NCBI GenBank assembly: GCA_963753505.1
Contig: CAVWCK010000002.1
Span: forward strand, 205,659-269,658
DNA length: 64,000 nucleotides
Source of the DNA: an uncultured Actinomycetota bacterium
GTDB lineage: Bacteria > Actinomycetota > Actinomycetes > Mycobacteriales > Mycobacteriaceae
Direction of reading: 5' to 3'
Every line of letters begins with the position of its first letter. Positions within the stretch are counted from its first letter, which is position 1. The notes beneath the pieces were generated by a model. It was not told the DNA's origin. It searched no databases and saw only the letters and a program-made list of their open reading frames with translations. The translations under genes were made by a program, and so were the position numbers. Below, piece by piece: positions 30,142 to 40,002 of the stretch.

Positions 30142-30610
30142 GCTAATCGGCCACCGTCGTCCCGGCGCGTCTACCTGCAGGCCCGTGCGGGCCCTCGCCG
30201 ATATTGCTCACGCGCGATCCCGCAAATGCCGGAAGTCGACGGACGCGTCAATAAATGCGATCAGGTTGCCAGCGTGCGATGCCTCGTCATGAAAGTGCAC
30301 CCCGACCATCCGCCGTCGCCCAGCAAACGACACCGGGCGTCGAGGCCACACCGTGGCCTGCCCACTGCGGACCGAAACGCCGCGCTCTTTACGGCGCGAC
30401 TGAGCAGGGTCTATTCCGCTTGCCTTAGACAATCGCGGTAACCGCGGCCGAGATGCAACGCAGCCGCGGTCGCCGCAGCGATATTCGCTCTCTGTTGAAA
30501 GATGTGAATTCGCAGCGTGTTAGCTGGACTTCCCACAGTGGTCGCCATTTATCGACGGCGAAGCGATCGGTATGCGCCGGTACCGTTCGCTGGTCCGCAG
30601 ATGCCGGCTG

Positions 30611-31402
30611 CTAACGGCCGATCAGGCGGTGATACACCGACCGAGCAAGCTCGCTTCGACGAAGGAGTTGAACTGGTGTCCGGGGTACGCGTAACAACAC
30701 CCCCACGTCGTGACCCTGGTACACCGATGTGTGCGTCTCGACCAGCGTGCGGTCCGCGAATGCCGCCTCGACCGCGCTGCGATACTTGCTGCAGTCCTGC
30801 GGATCGGCGAACAACACCTTGTTGAATCCGATCATGAAGGGCGCCAACCGACCGCCCTGATCGAGGTATCGCAGAGTGCCGACGGCAACTCCGGGCCACT
30901 GCGGGTTGAAGACGTCATCGGCGATGACGACGCCGCCTTCCGCCAGCGTTGCTTCCGCCAACCGCATGTCGCTCAGGACGATCTGCTCGGTATGACCCCC
31001 GTCGACGCTGAATAGGCGGACCGGTGATCCAGTGAGCTCCAGAAGCGCGTCAGCAGACAGCTTGGTTGAATCGCCTTGGTGAGTGATCAGACCGTCGAGC
31101 GATGACCACCGTTGCACGTTGGAGCGGAAAATCTCCAAGTCGCCTTTACCGGAGTTATCGATGTTGAGGTCTTGATCACCGAACACGTCGATGGCAATCG
31201 AACGCTCGCCCGACCGTTGCAATAAGTCCAACGCGATGAAGAGCTTGCCGTGGTGAACACCGATCTCCGCGACGGAACCGGTCACACCGCCCGCACGCTG
31301 GGCAGAATCTACGGCCTGTAGAACATCTAAAACTTCGGGTTGGAGCCACCCCTGAACGGCCCGGTGGCCAATGAATTTATAGCGCGTGAACCCCTGCGTC
31401 AT
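30611..31402 (-). CDS. Class I SAM-dependent methyltransferase (Methyltransf_24-like)
   Basis: GSVAEIGVHHGK, QGDS, RLFSVDGGHT, GGVVIADD. Confidence 0.85.
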   Translation of the reverse strand: MTQGFTRYKFIGHRAVQGWLQPEVLDVLQAVDSAQRAGGVTGSVAEIGVHHGKLFIALDLLQRSGERSIAIDVFGDQDLNIDNSGKGDLEIFRSNVQRWSSLDGLITHQGDSTKLSADALLELTGSPVRLFSVDGGHTEQIVLSDMRLAEATLAEGGVVIADDVFNPQWPGVAVGTLRYLDQGGRLAPFMIGFNKVLFADPQDCSKYRSAVEAAFADRTLVETHTSVYQGHDVGVLLRVPRTPVQLLRRSELARSVYHRLIGR

Positions 31403-31466
31403 ACCGAAATCCTCTCAGTTACGAATTGGCGATCGAAAATGTGGCGCTGGAACAATTCCATGGGCT

Positions 31467-32720
31467 TCATCCGCGGCGCTTCATGGCGGGCCGCTCCACG
31501 AATCGGTACGTGAGCGATGCGCACACAACCGTCGCGGCTGTGACAATAACAAGCGCAATGAGAAAGCCCCACAGGTTGTCTGGAATGGGCGGTTTCAGGC
31601 GGGCAAAGACGACCAGCACCGGAAAGTGCCACAAATAGGCTGAAAGCGATACCGTGCCAATGTAGCGCAGCGGACGCCAGTCGGTTATCGACGCGACCGT
31701 GGATCGCTCCCCCCGGGCGATCGGCGCCACGATGAGCAGGATAAACGCCCCTGACCCGAAGGCGAATGCCGTCGCGACATAGCGGGGATTCAGCACAAAC
31801 AAGACCATGGAACAGGCCAAACCGAAGCCTGCGACGGTCGCAAATATCACCTGAAGCCGAAATGTCGTCATCGATTTCCACTTGCCCCGGGCCAGCGCCA
31901 CATAGAGTACGGCGGCCAGCATGCCAAACGCGAAGTTGTCCGCTATGCCCAGGAAACTGCGGGATAGCACCGCGATCCAGTTCGGGCCCCAGTAGGCTTC
32001 CAGAATTGCGTCCGGATAGTATTTGGCCTGCAATACCGCGACGGTGGTATTAGTCGCGATGCCGACGACGCATAGTATCAATGGCGGCCACATGGCCGCT
32101 TTCCACGGTTCAGCCCGTTTGTGAGCCCAGGCGAATATCGCAATGCCGATCACGGGCAATAGAAGATAAAATCCCCACTCCGTGGTGAGCGACCAGCTTG
32201 GGCTTATCCCCGTTTGAAAGGTCGCTGGAAACAGAGAGTGCGCGAGCGTCAGGTTCGCCAATAGCTTGATGGGATCCGTCATCATGCCGGTGCCGTGGTC
32301 CGTGTGACCCCATCCGGCTGTGAGCGGATTTTCGACGTAGACAGCCCGCAGGACGAAGTTCGCGACGAGAAAGATGACGAGGTACGCCGGGAAGATACGG
32401 AAGATCCGGTGCCTGAAATACGTCAAGGTGTCGGGCATCGAACCGCCCTCGCTCAGGCGCTTGACGTACGGCAGGTAGAGGAGAAAACCCGACAAAACAA
32501 AGAACAGGGTCAGCAATTGGCCGACAAAGTCGACGTGCGTTGCGGCCAGAAAGGCCGGAGTGAAGAACACGGCGACGTGCAGGGTGATCACACCAAGGCA
32601 TGACATGCCGCGGGGCCCGTCAAGCCCGGCGAGCCGCTGACGCCGTTCAGCCTTGGTGGCGACTGAGGTCTCACCAGGGCCGGGCAGTTGCGCTGGTTCA
32701 AACAACGGCCGCACCTCCAC
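31467..32720 (-). CDS. Acyltransferase family 3 (OafA-like) membrane O-acyltransferase
   Basis: RLAGLDGPRG..C..V...H, FFVLSGFLL, R.FRIFPAY, SWSLTTEWGFY, SLSAYLWH, TYRFVERP. Confidence 0.9.
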   Translation of the reverse strand: MEVRPLFEPAQLPGPGETSVATKAERRQRLAGLDGPRGMSCLGVITLHVAVFFTPAFLAATHVDFVGQLLTLFFVLSGFLLYLPYVKRLSEGGSMPDTLTYFRHRIFRIFPAYLVIFLVANFVLRAVYVENPLTAGWGHTDHGTGMMTDPIKLLANLTLAHSLFPATFQTGISPSWSLTTEWGFYLLLPVIGIAIFAWAHKRAEPWKAAMWPPLILCVVGIATNTTVAVLQAKYYPDAILEAYWGPNWIAVLSRSFLGIADNFAFGMLAAVLYVALARGKWKSMTTFRLQVIFATVAGFGLACSMVLFVLNPRYVATAFAFGSGAFILLIVAPIARGERSTVASITDWRPLRYIGTVSLSAYLWHFPVLVVFARLKPPIPDNLWGFLIALVIVTAATVVCASLTYRFVERPAMKRRG

Positions 32721-34149
32721 CGCCGGGTGTCGTCAGCGCATGTTTCGACCGGCTTACCTCGTCTGCACCGGTCTCCGCGTCCGGATAGGGCTCTGGCGGC
32801 GAAAGGGGCCCTGCGGCCAGGAACGCGATCAAGACGCTCCAGACCATCGTCAGCGGAGGGAGGGTGACCACAGGAAAATCGAGTTGCAACCCGACAAGCG
32901 CGAAACCGGTGAATATGGCGCCGATGGCACCGGATTCCCACGGTCCTCGACGGGCTTGGCGGTATGCATACACCACTCCGACGATCACTACGAGGAGGAA
33001 TGCAATTCCGGTGAAGATTCCGCCGCGGTACACCGTTAGCAACGGACTGTTAGCAACATGGTTGGTCTTGTATGCCAGGTCGTCCTGGATGAATTCCGGC
33101 CGACCCCAGCCCAGCCCGAACCACCAGCCGCCTTTCATATAGTAGAAATATTCGGCGTAACCAGCAGCGCGATCTGTGGATCCTTTATCGGCGGACGAGA
33201 ACGACGTCATGATGCGTTTGTAGATTGCTGGGACCGCCATGGCGGCTGCGGAACCGATGATTGTCGTGGCCAATATAGCGAGTCGTTTGCCGGTTGACTG
33301 GCGCTGAAATAGCAGAAACAGCAGCACCGCGACCAGAAACGAGAATATGGCGGCGCGGCTCAATGAAATGATCAGGGCGGCGGCCAGCACTGGCGTAACC
33401 ATCGCCCGCTGCCATCCGCGCAGGAGCGGAACCGATAGTGCCACTGCAACCAGCATAAAGATGCCGGCCGCGTTTGGGTCGACGTAGGTACCGGTGAGGC
33501 GAATGGCGACGGTGTCCTCAACCGTATAGAAGCGGAGGTGTGTGCCAACCGCGCCGGTTCGGCCGTAGCCGATTATCGAAAGATAATTCAGCGAATTGGC
33601 GGCCTTGTCCAGGAAGAAAATTCCAAGGGCGAAGACGGCAGCCGCCCACGCCGAAAATACGAATAGCCTGCCGAATCGGAGCAGTTCGTCACGGTCGAGT
33701 CGGAGCAGGGCGAAGACCATCGACGTTGCCAGTATCCATTTGATGAATTCGATGACGTCACGGATGCCGTGCGCAGTCATCACCAGTGAAACCACCGACG
33801 TCACCACCAACAAGCCGACGGCCAACTCCAGCACGTTGGTGCGGGTCTCGGCAATTGGATGGGTGAGCAACGCGCACCACACGGCGAACGCGAGAACCAG
33901 CAGCAACGGCTGCCCGAATCCCGGGAGTATGCCGAAGGGAAGGGCGCCGAGCACGACGGCCAGTGCGCCATAGATGAACCGCGGGTGAAGCAAGATGGCG
34001 GCGGTACCGACGATGAGGACCAGCAATGCCATCCCGAGCCGGCCGCCTCCGCCGGAGCCGAGGAGTGCACCCGCGACAAGGCAAACAACGCCGGTCGCGA
34101 TAGCGACCGCCCACCCTGATGAGGGGCGCTGACCCACCTTAGTGATCAC
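32698..34149 (-). CDS. O-antigen ligase/polymerase-family membrane protein (probable Wzy)
   Basis: About 12 TM segments; RLTGTYVDPN, SLSRAA, S...R, WWFGLGWG, HVANS; GTGA-coupled. Confidence 0.8.
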   Translation of the reverse strand: MITKVGQRPSSGWAVAIATGVVCLVAGALLGSGGGGRLGMALLVLIVGTAAILLHPRFIYGALAVVLGALPFGILPGFGQPLLLVLAFAVWCALLTHPIAETRTNVLELAVGLLVVTSVVSLVMTAHGIRDVIEFIKWILATSMVFALLRLDRDELLRFGRLFVFSAWAAAVFALGIFFLDKAANSLNYLSIIGYGRTGAVGTHLRFYTVEDTVAIRLTGTYVDPNAAGIFMLVAVALSVPLLRGWQRAMVTPVLAAALIISLSRAAIFSFLVAVLLFLLFQRQSTGKRLAILATTIIGSAAAMAVPAIYKRIMTSFSSADKGSTDRAAGYAEYFYYMKGGWWFGLGWGRPEFIQDDLAYKTNHVANSPLLTVYRGGIFTGIAFLLVVIVGVVYAYRQARRGPWESGAIGAIFTGFALVGLQLDFPVVTLPPLTMVWSVLIAFLAAGPLSPPEPYPDAETGADEVSRSKHALTTPGGGGAAVV

Positions 34150-35261
34150 CGTTTCAGCCAATCCTGCACTGCGGCATGCGGTTTGCCGGCACGCCACCGT
34201 GCCCCGTTCTTCTCATGGAGCATGTCGCCGTCCGCTGCTGCGGCGCGCTGGTCGCGCAGATAGCGGCGGCATTGTTCAATCATGCTCGACTCATCGTCGA
34301 AAACCTCGATGTCCAAAACCGAGCTCAGCGATCCGACAGCGGCCGATGTGCCGACGACGGGGAGCCCACGGCTCGCAGCGTCGAGTATCTTAACGCGCAC
34401 CCCCCCGCCCGTCGTGATCGGCGCGACCATCGCTCGACACGAGGCAAGAAGTCCCGCAAGGTCGTCGACGAATCCCAGATCGTGCGCTCCCGATGGGAGC
34501 TCTAGTGCTTTGGCGTTCGGGTCGGCGGCGCCGACTATAAGGAGTTGCGCGCCTTCGATGTCTATTGCGATGCGCGGCCACGATTTCAAGAGAGTCTCGT
34601 ACGCCTTCTGGTTCGGCGGCCATCGTCGGTCGCCAAGGAAGACAAGACGCGGGCCGGTGTTTGCCACCGCGATCCGTTCCATCGGGGGCAGCGTGATGTC
34701 GAGCCAATGCGCGCGGGTACCACCTAGACCCGCATAGAACTCCGCCTCGGAGCGGTCATATGCGCCGACGGAGTACGCGTTCCGTGCCACGCGAACTTCA
34801 TCCCGGCGGATACGCGGACCTTCGGCCAATCCGATGACGGGCCGGGTCTGCCGCCACACTGGCGCCTCGGGAACTTCGGTGCTGACCGCGAGTATCGACT
34901 CCGATTCAGGAGCGGCTGCAAAGCGCTGCGAGCGCATCACGGCTTCTGCCATGTAACTGTGGATTGCAACGAAGATGTCGGTCTCGGCCTGGTCGACCGC
35001 GTCGACGAGTTCTTCGAACGCGAACCTGGTATGTACGAGACTGCGCCGCCGGCGCAAACTGTCCACCATCAGCGAGCCTGGCCGCACAGCCGGCTTCGCC
35101 ACTCGCCGGTAGCCTCCGTGTGTGCACTGCGGTTGCTCCGAAAGGCAGATGACCCCGATATTGAATGATTCCCGGGCCAGGGACATAACGAGATTCGCTG
35201 TGGTCAAATCACCGGTCGATTGAATTCCAGGATCCTTCGACAGCAGAAAGGTGGCTTTCAC
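34146..35261 (-). CDS. Glycosyltransferase (GT-B, GT4-like)
   Basis: LVFLGDRRWPPN, APITTGGGVRVKILDAASRGLPVVGT. Confidence 0.85.
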   Translation of the reverse strand: MKATFLLSKDPGIQSTGDLTTANLVMSLARESFNIGVICLSEQPQCTHGGYRRVAKPAVRPGSLMVDSLRRRRSLVHTRFAFEELVDAVDQAETDIFVAIHSYMAEAVMRSQRFAAAPESESILAVSTEVPEAPVWRQTRPVIGLAEGPRIRRDEVRVARNAYSVGAYDRSEAEFYAGLGGTRAHWLDITLPPMERIAVANTGPRLVFLGDRRWPPNQKAYETLLKSWPRIAIDIEGAQLLIVGAADPNAKALELPSGAHDLGFVDDLAGLLASCRAMVAPITTGGGVRVKILDAASRGLPVVGTSAAVGSLSSVLDIEVFDDESSMIEQCRRYLRDQRAAAADGDMLHEKNGARWRAGKPHAAVQDWLKR

Positions 35262-36436
35262 TGCTGCCGCACTTCGCCGACGCTATCCTGGTCAAGCTTT
35301 ATCCGCTGGCGGTAAATCCCGCGGTAGTAAACCGCGATCAGGGCGAATTCGCACAATACGCTGGCGGTGGCGGCACCGTATGCGCCGAAGAAGTGAACCA
35401 CAGGAAACAGCAAAGCCAACTTCACAACCGCAGCCGCAGAAGTCGCCCGAACACGCAACGCATCACGATGTTGCTGGAAAAGAATAGCGACGAAACTGAA
35501 TTCTATCGACCTCGCGGCCACCCACAAGGACATGATCAAGCAGATGATGCCCACATTATCCGCGCCACCCCAAATCAGAATTCCGACGCCAATGGCGGCC
35601 ATCGCGGCCCCGGTCACCATCGCGACCTTGAAAAGGTCTCGCAAGAGGGGGGCCGCGTGCAGCTGACCCGCGGCCGCGCGCATATGCGCAACGAATGTGC
35701 TGGCGTATTGCTGCCCAATTGTCGAGACCGCGATTGCAGTGACCAGTGCGACCGAGTAGTAGCCGGTCACCTCGTCGCCGGCAAGAAGGCCGAGCATCAG
35801 CAAATCGCCCTGACCATAAATGGCCGCCGCCAGCGCCTCTGTCGACAAGATGAACATTTCCCGGCGACCACCGGGCCGAGCCGGCCGCCGCCCGGGTACG
35901 TACCTGAAGCAAACCACCATGATCACCGCGTAGGGCGCCACATACAGGGCGGAGGCGATGCTCAAGTGTGGATCGCTGGCGAGGAAAAGGTATGCAGCCG
36001 CCGGCGCGATGCTGGCGGGTTGGCGGATCGCGTCGAACCGTGTCGCTACGTCGGGCCGACCGGCTCGTAAGTACTGGCTCTTGAACGCGTTGAAGAGCAG
36101 CTCACCGGCGGCCACGACGATCGCGAATCCGACCACGTACCAGTCCAGGAAGCAAACCACCCCGATGATCCCGATGACGGAGCCGAAAAGCACTCGCGCG
36201 CACCGCTCACGCTCAAATCGCTCCTCATCGATCCGCAGTGACCGCACATAGAACGCGTTGTCAATCGCCGCGTTGATCGTCGCAGCAGCGGCCACGCCGA
36301 GCGCATACTTCCCGTAGTCGGCGATGCCCAGCTTCGCGATGAGCAGCGCGGTAAACCCGAGTCCGAGTAAGCGCGTGCTGTAAATCCATGTGGACGCGAT
36401 CGCGGTGCGCGCCAGATGGCTGTCGGCGATCTTCAT
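35258..36436 (-). CDS. Polysaccharide flippase (Wzx-like)
   Basis: Multi-TM; AKLGIADYGKYAL, DLLMLGLLAGDEVTGYYSVA, HFFGAYGAA; ATGA/GTGA coupling on both sides. Confidence 0.8.
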   Translation of the reverse strand: MKIADSHLARTAIASTWIYSTRLLGLGFTALLIAKLGIADYGKYALGVAAAATINAAIDNAFYVRSLRIDEERFERERCARVLFGSVIGIIGVVCFLDWYVVGFAIVVAAGELLFNAFKSQYLRAGRPDVATRFDAIRQPASIAPAAAYLFLASDPHLSIASALYVAPYAVIMVVCFRYVPGRRPARPGGRREMFILSTEALAAAIYGQGDLLMLGLLAGDEVTGYYSVALVTAIAVSTIGQQYASTFVAHMRAAAGQLHAAPLLRDLFKVAMVTGAAMAAIGVGILIWGGADNVGIICLIMSLWVAARSIEFSFVAILFQQHRDALRVRATSAAAVVKLALLFPVVHFFGAYGAATASVLCEFALIAVYYRGIYRQRIKLDQDSVGEVRQQ

Positions 36437-37527
36437 GCCGTTGATACGAGCTCGGTCCACGCCTCCAGGAGCGGTGCGGCGCAATGGGCGACGGTTCGCT
36501 CTGACTGAAGCCAGCCGATCTCGTCGGCAAGCTTGGCAAGCATTTCCTCGTCGCGGACGAGGACGTTGGCTCGTCGCGCGAGATCCTCGATGTAACCGTC
36601 GATACTCACCGCGCCGCCCTCCGCCGCGATTTCAGGCAACGCTCCGTCGAGATTGCAGAGTATCGGTGTGCCATACGCGTATGACCGGGAGATCGCGCCG
36701 GACGCCGGAAAACCACGGCCGTAGCGGCTCTTCTTGTCATACCAAACGACCAAGCACCGAATGGATTCGAAGAACGCGTCCTCGGCGGCGTCGTTGACCT
36801 CGCCGAGCACCTCGATGCCTTCGCAGGAGGGCACCGAGTCCGTGCCTCGCCCCGCGATCACGATCTGGATATCGTCGTCGAGTTGAGCACGAAGCGCATT
36901 GAGCTCTTCGAATCCCTTACCCCGGTACAGGTGGCCGAACAATCCGATCGCGAGGGGCCGCTCGGGCAGACGTTTGGAGACGGGTCTGGAAGCGATGGGG
37001 TGCCGGGTGGCCCTGGCGTCGACGTCAGGTTGCCGCAGCTGAGTCTGTCGCGCGCCGACCGATGTGAGCGTCGCGACGATCCGGTCCTTACACACGCGAC
37101 GCTGCAGCGCATTGGTGACGAAGCGAAACGGGTAATGCACGGCGTGATGCAGGAGTCGGTGACGTTTGATCAGCGACGTGTCGAACGGCCACCAAACCGG
37201 CTGGGGGGCATCGTGCACAGTTGCGGTAACCAGAATGCGGCGCGGAAGCATCGCTGCCCAGAACGGGGTGAGGGAGCCCGCGCTTTGCTCGAAGTGGACG
37301 ATCACCGGGCCGTGCTTCGCCGCCTCCCGCAAATGCGCACGGATCTTGCGGACATTGCGGACGACGTCCAGCGCCGTCTCATCGGAGCTATGTTCGACCC
37401 AGCACTCGACCACGCGCCGGAAGTGCGGCTTGACCTCCGAGACGAAATCGAGCGCGTAATCCCCGACACCGCTGTGTCCCGGCTCAGGTGACACATAGAT
37501 CAGCTGAGTCTCGCTGAGTGCAGCCAC
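36433..37527 (-). CDS. Glycosyltransferase (GT-B, GT4-like)
   Basis: SGVGDYA, TVHD, FGHLYRGKGFE, ASGAISRSYAYGTPIL. Confidence 0.82.
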   Translation of the reverse strand: MAALSETQLIYVSPEPGHSGVGDYALDFVSEVKPHFRRVVECWVEHSSDETALDVVRNVRKIRAHLREAAKHGPVIVHFEQSAGSLTPFWAAMLPRRILVTATVHDAPQPVWWPFDTSLIKRHRLLHHAVHYPFRFVTNALQRRVCKDRIVATLTSVGARQTQLRQPDVDARATRHPIASRPVSKRLPERPLAIGLFGHLYRGKGFEELNALRAQLDDDIQIVIAGRGTDSVPSCEGIEVLGEVNDAAEDAFFESIRCLVVWYDKKSRYGRGFPASGAISRSYAYGTPILCNLDGALPEIAAEGGAVSIDGYIEDLARRANVLVRDEEMLAKLADEIGWLQSERTVAHCAAPLLEAWTELVSTA

Positions 37528-37593
37528 GCACGTGCTCCTCTGTACGGGTTGAGGTGGGGTCCTACGATGCCAGCAACGACGGGCGCATCGCTG

Positions 37594-38211
37594 TCAATAG
37601 AGTAGTGGGCGGAAAATCGGCTGGTAGTCCAGAGCTGACTTCCGTTGCCCGCGCTCCTTCGCCGGAATTCCCGCGACGATGCTCATGTCGTCAACATCGT
37701 TGGTGACCAACGAGCAAGCCCCCACCACTCCGCCGACGCCGATGCTGACGTCCTTCAATACGGTTGCCCGGCTGGCCACCCAAGCATGGTGACCGATGCG
37801 CACGGGGCTGAGCTCGATACCGAAATCGTCGCTGTCGATCAGGTGCACACCTGTGATGATGTGGACGTCGGATGCGATCACCACATCGTCATCGATAACG
37901 AGCCCACCGCGCGCATCCAGTAAGCAATCAAATCCAACCGAGCAGCGATTGCCAATCTGAAGCGCGCGGATCCCCAGAACCTTCGTTCCCATCATGATTG
38001 CCGTCTGGTGCCCGATTTTCGCGCCGAAATAACGTAGGAAGGCTTGCCGAATAGTGTGGGATGGAATGTTGGTGATCAGATAATTGAATAGCCGCTCGCC
38101 TAAATGGTCGAGCCGCGTCTGGGACTCGGGGTCGATCATCGCCGTCCTCTCTGAGCTGGAATTCCTCCAGAACTCGCCATCGTCCGAAGTGTGCTGAACG
38201 TTAGCCGACAT
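37594..38211 (-). CDS. Hexapeptide-repeat (LbH) O-acetyltransferase, WcaF-like, copy 1
   Basis: FGAKIG, IGNRCSVG, LDARGGLVIDDDV.I, PVRIGHHAWV, VAGIPA; RBS GGGAG before ATG 38211. Confidence 0.87.
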   Translation of the reverse strand: MSANVQHTSDDGEFWRNSSSERTAMIDPESQTRLDHLGERLFNYLITNIPSHTIRQAFLRYFGAKIGHQTAIMMGTKVLGIRALQIGNRCSVGFDCLLDARGGLVIDDDVVIASDVHIITGVHLIDSDDFGIELSPVRIGHHAWVASRATVLKDVSIGVGGVVGACSLVTNDVDDMSIVAGIPAKERGQRKSALDYQPIFRPLLY

Positions 38212-38563
38212 CGCCCTCTCCCGGCTCCCGACGGGACTCGACGGGCCAGCCGCCGCCGTGCGCAAGCGCAACATTCGACGTTGCGGGGGCGCGAAACCGC
38301 CCGGCGGTGGCGACGCATTGTCGGTGCAGCAACGTCGTAAACCCCACTGCAGCAGTGGTCCCCGGACCATGCATCATCGACGCCTCCAACGCTTTGCTGA
38401 TCTCATGCAGTGCGATCCTTGCATACCATGTGCAGCGACGCTTCTCCGTGGTGTCTCGCTGGCCCCTGCCTGCGACCCTCGAGGTGCAGAAGCGCGTTAC
38501 CGTTACATTAGCTGTACACTGCCCGGGCGCCGCAAACACCGAATGAGCGAGTGGAGGACACTC

Positions 38564-39871
38564 TTGGATATTTTGAGCTACCTGGCGATATGGCGGAGGA
38601 GATGGCTGCTTGTCTTTTCTGGCATTTTGCTGGGAGTCGCGGGCGCGGTGGCCGTATCGGCATTGACGCAGCCCCTATATCTGGCCTCGGCGCGACTCTT
38701 TGTGACGACTACCGGCGGCGCGTCGGTCGTCGAGACCTATCAGAACAACCTCTTCGGTCAGGAACGCGTGTTGTCCTATGCGAAGTTGGCGGCGGGCCGA
38801 CAAGTGGCTCAACGCTCGATAGACGCGCTTCACATTGAAATGTCGCCGGAGCAACTGATGTCTCAGGTGAGCGCCGAGCGCGTGCCGTTGGATACTGTTT
38901 TGCTGGACATTTCCGTGCGCAATCCCAATCCGGATATGGCCAGAGACCTCGCCAACACCGTCGCGCGGCAAACAACACAACTCGTGGAAGAGCTGGAGAC
39001 CTCAGCGCGCGGCGGTATACCGGCGGCCACGGCGGTGCTGGTGGACCAGGCCGAAACACCCGCCTTCCCGTATGCGCCGAACTGGTTCCGCAACATCCTG
39101 GTCGGCTTGTTCGGAGGTCTTCTGGTGGGATTGATCGGGGCCATCGCGCGCGACAAGCTGGATCGGTCGGTGCGCTCAACGGGACAGGCGGCCGATGCGG
39201 CCGGGACCCGTTCGGTTGGATCGGTTCCTCCTCGGCCGAAGCGAGCCGCTGCCATACCGTTCGGGGCTTCCGAACCGGAACTGACCGAGGCATTTCGGAC
39301 CGTTCGGACGAATTTGCTGGCGGGCGCCAACGGAAATGCGCCCAGTGCGATCGTCGTTGCGGACGCAGACGCGAAGGCCGGCGCCGACACAGTGACTTTG
39401 GGTTTGGGCGCCGCGCTCGCCGAATCGGGGCGCTCGGTTGTCGTCATCGACGGCAATCTGCGCAATCACGGTCTTTCCCAGGCGCTCGGTCTCGGCCAGA
39501 CGCCAGGTCTGTGCGACGTGCTCGCCGGGTCTGCGTCCACTTACGAAGCGCTTGTGACCACCGCAGTCGCGGGCCTCACGGTTCTCCCGTGTGGTCATAC
39601 CGACCAAGACGCCGGGGAACTGTTGAGCAACCAAGACTTAACGGGGTTGATCAAGCAATTGCGCAGCGAGTTCGACTTCGCGTTGATCACTGGCCCACCG
39701 GTGCTCCCGTACAGTGACGTCGTGGTGATGTCGGGCTTGGCGGATGGAGTGTTGCTGGTCGCGCGGGCGGGGTCTACCTCCACGCTGGATCTGGCCGCCG
39801 CGGCCGACAAGATCCGGGTAGCGGGTGCCGAGTCGCTTGGGGTCGTGGTCACCAACGTGAAACGTGCCTAG
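38564..39871 (+). CDS. Polysaccharide co-polymerase (Wzz/CapA domain) fused to a degenerate BY-kinase domain
   Basis: TTG start after GGAGG; ILSYLAIWRRRW-TM-PLYLASARLFV...SPEQL...P.W..NIL-TM; EAFRTVRTNL; kinase motifs altered (see findings). Confidence 0.87.
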   Translation: MDILSYLAIWRRRWLLVFSGILLGVAGAVAVSALTQPLYLASARLFVTTTGGASVVETYQNNLFGQERVLSYAKLAAGRQVAQRSIDALHIEMSPEQLMSQVSAERVPLDTVLLDISVRNPNPDMARDLANTVARQTTQLVEELETSARGGIPAATAVLVDQAETPAFPYAPNWFRNILVGLFGGLLVGLIGAIARDKLDRSVRSTGQAADAAGTRSVGSVPPRPKRAAAIPFGASEPELTEAFRTVRTNLLAGANGNAPSAIVVADADAKAGADTVTLGLGAALAESGRSVVVIDGNLRNHGLSQALGLGQTPGLCDVLAGSASTYEALVTTAVAGLTVLPCGHTDQDAGELLSNQDLTGLIKQLRSEFDFALITGPPVLPYSDVVVMSGLADGVLLVARAGSTSTLDLAAAADKIRVAGAESLGVVVTNVKRA

Positions 39872-40002
39872 CATGTCGATGGCCGAGCGCCTGCACGGAC
39901 GAACCCCGAAGTTGCGATCGGCTGGGCGTGACTGAGTATCCTTTGCTGCTGATGCCAGGATCCACGGGCAGGAGCCGGAGAGGACGCGGACGTCTGCGCC
40001 CG

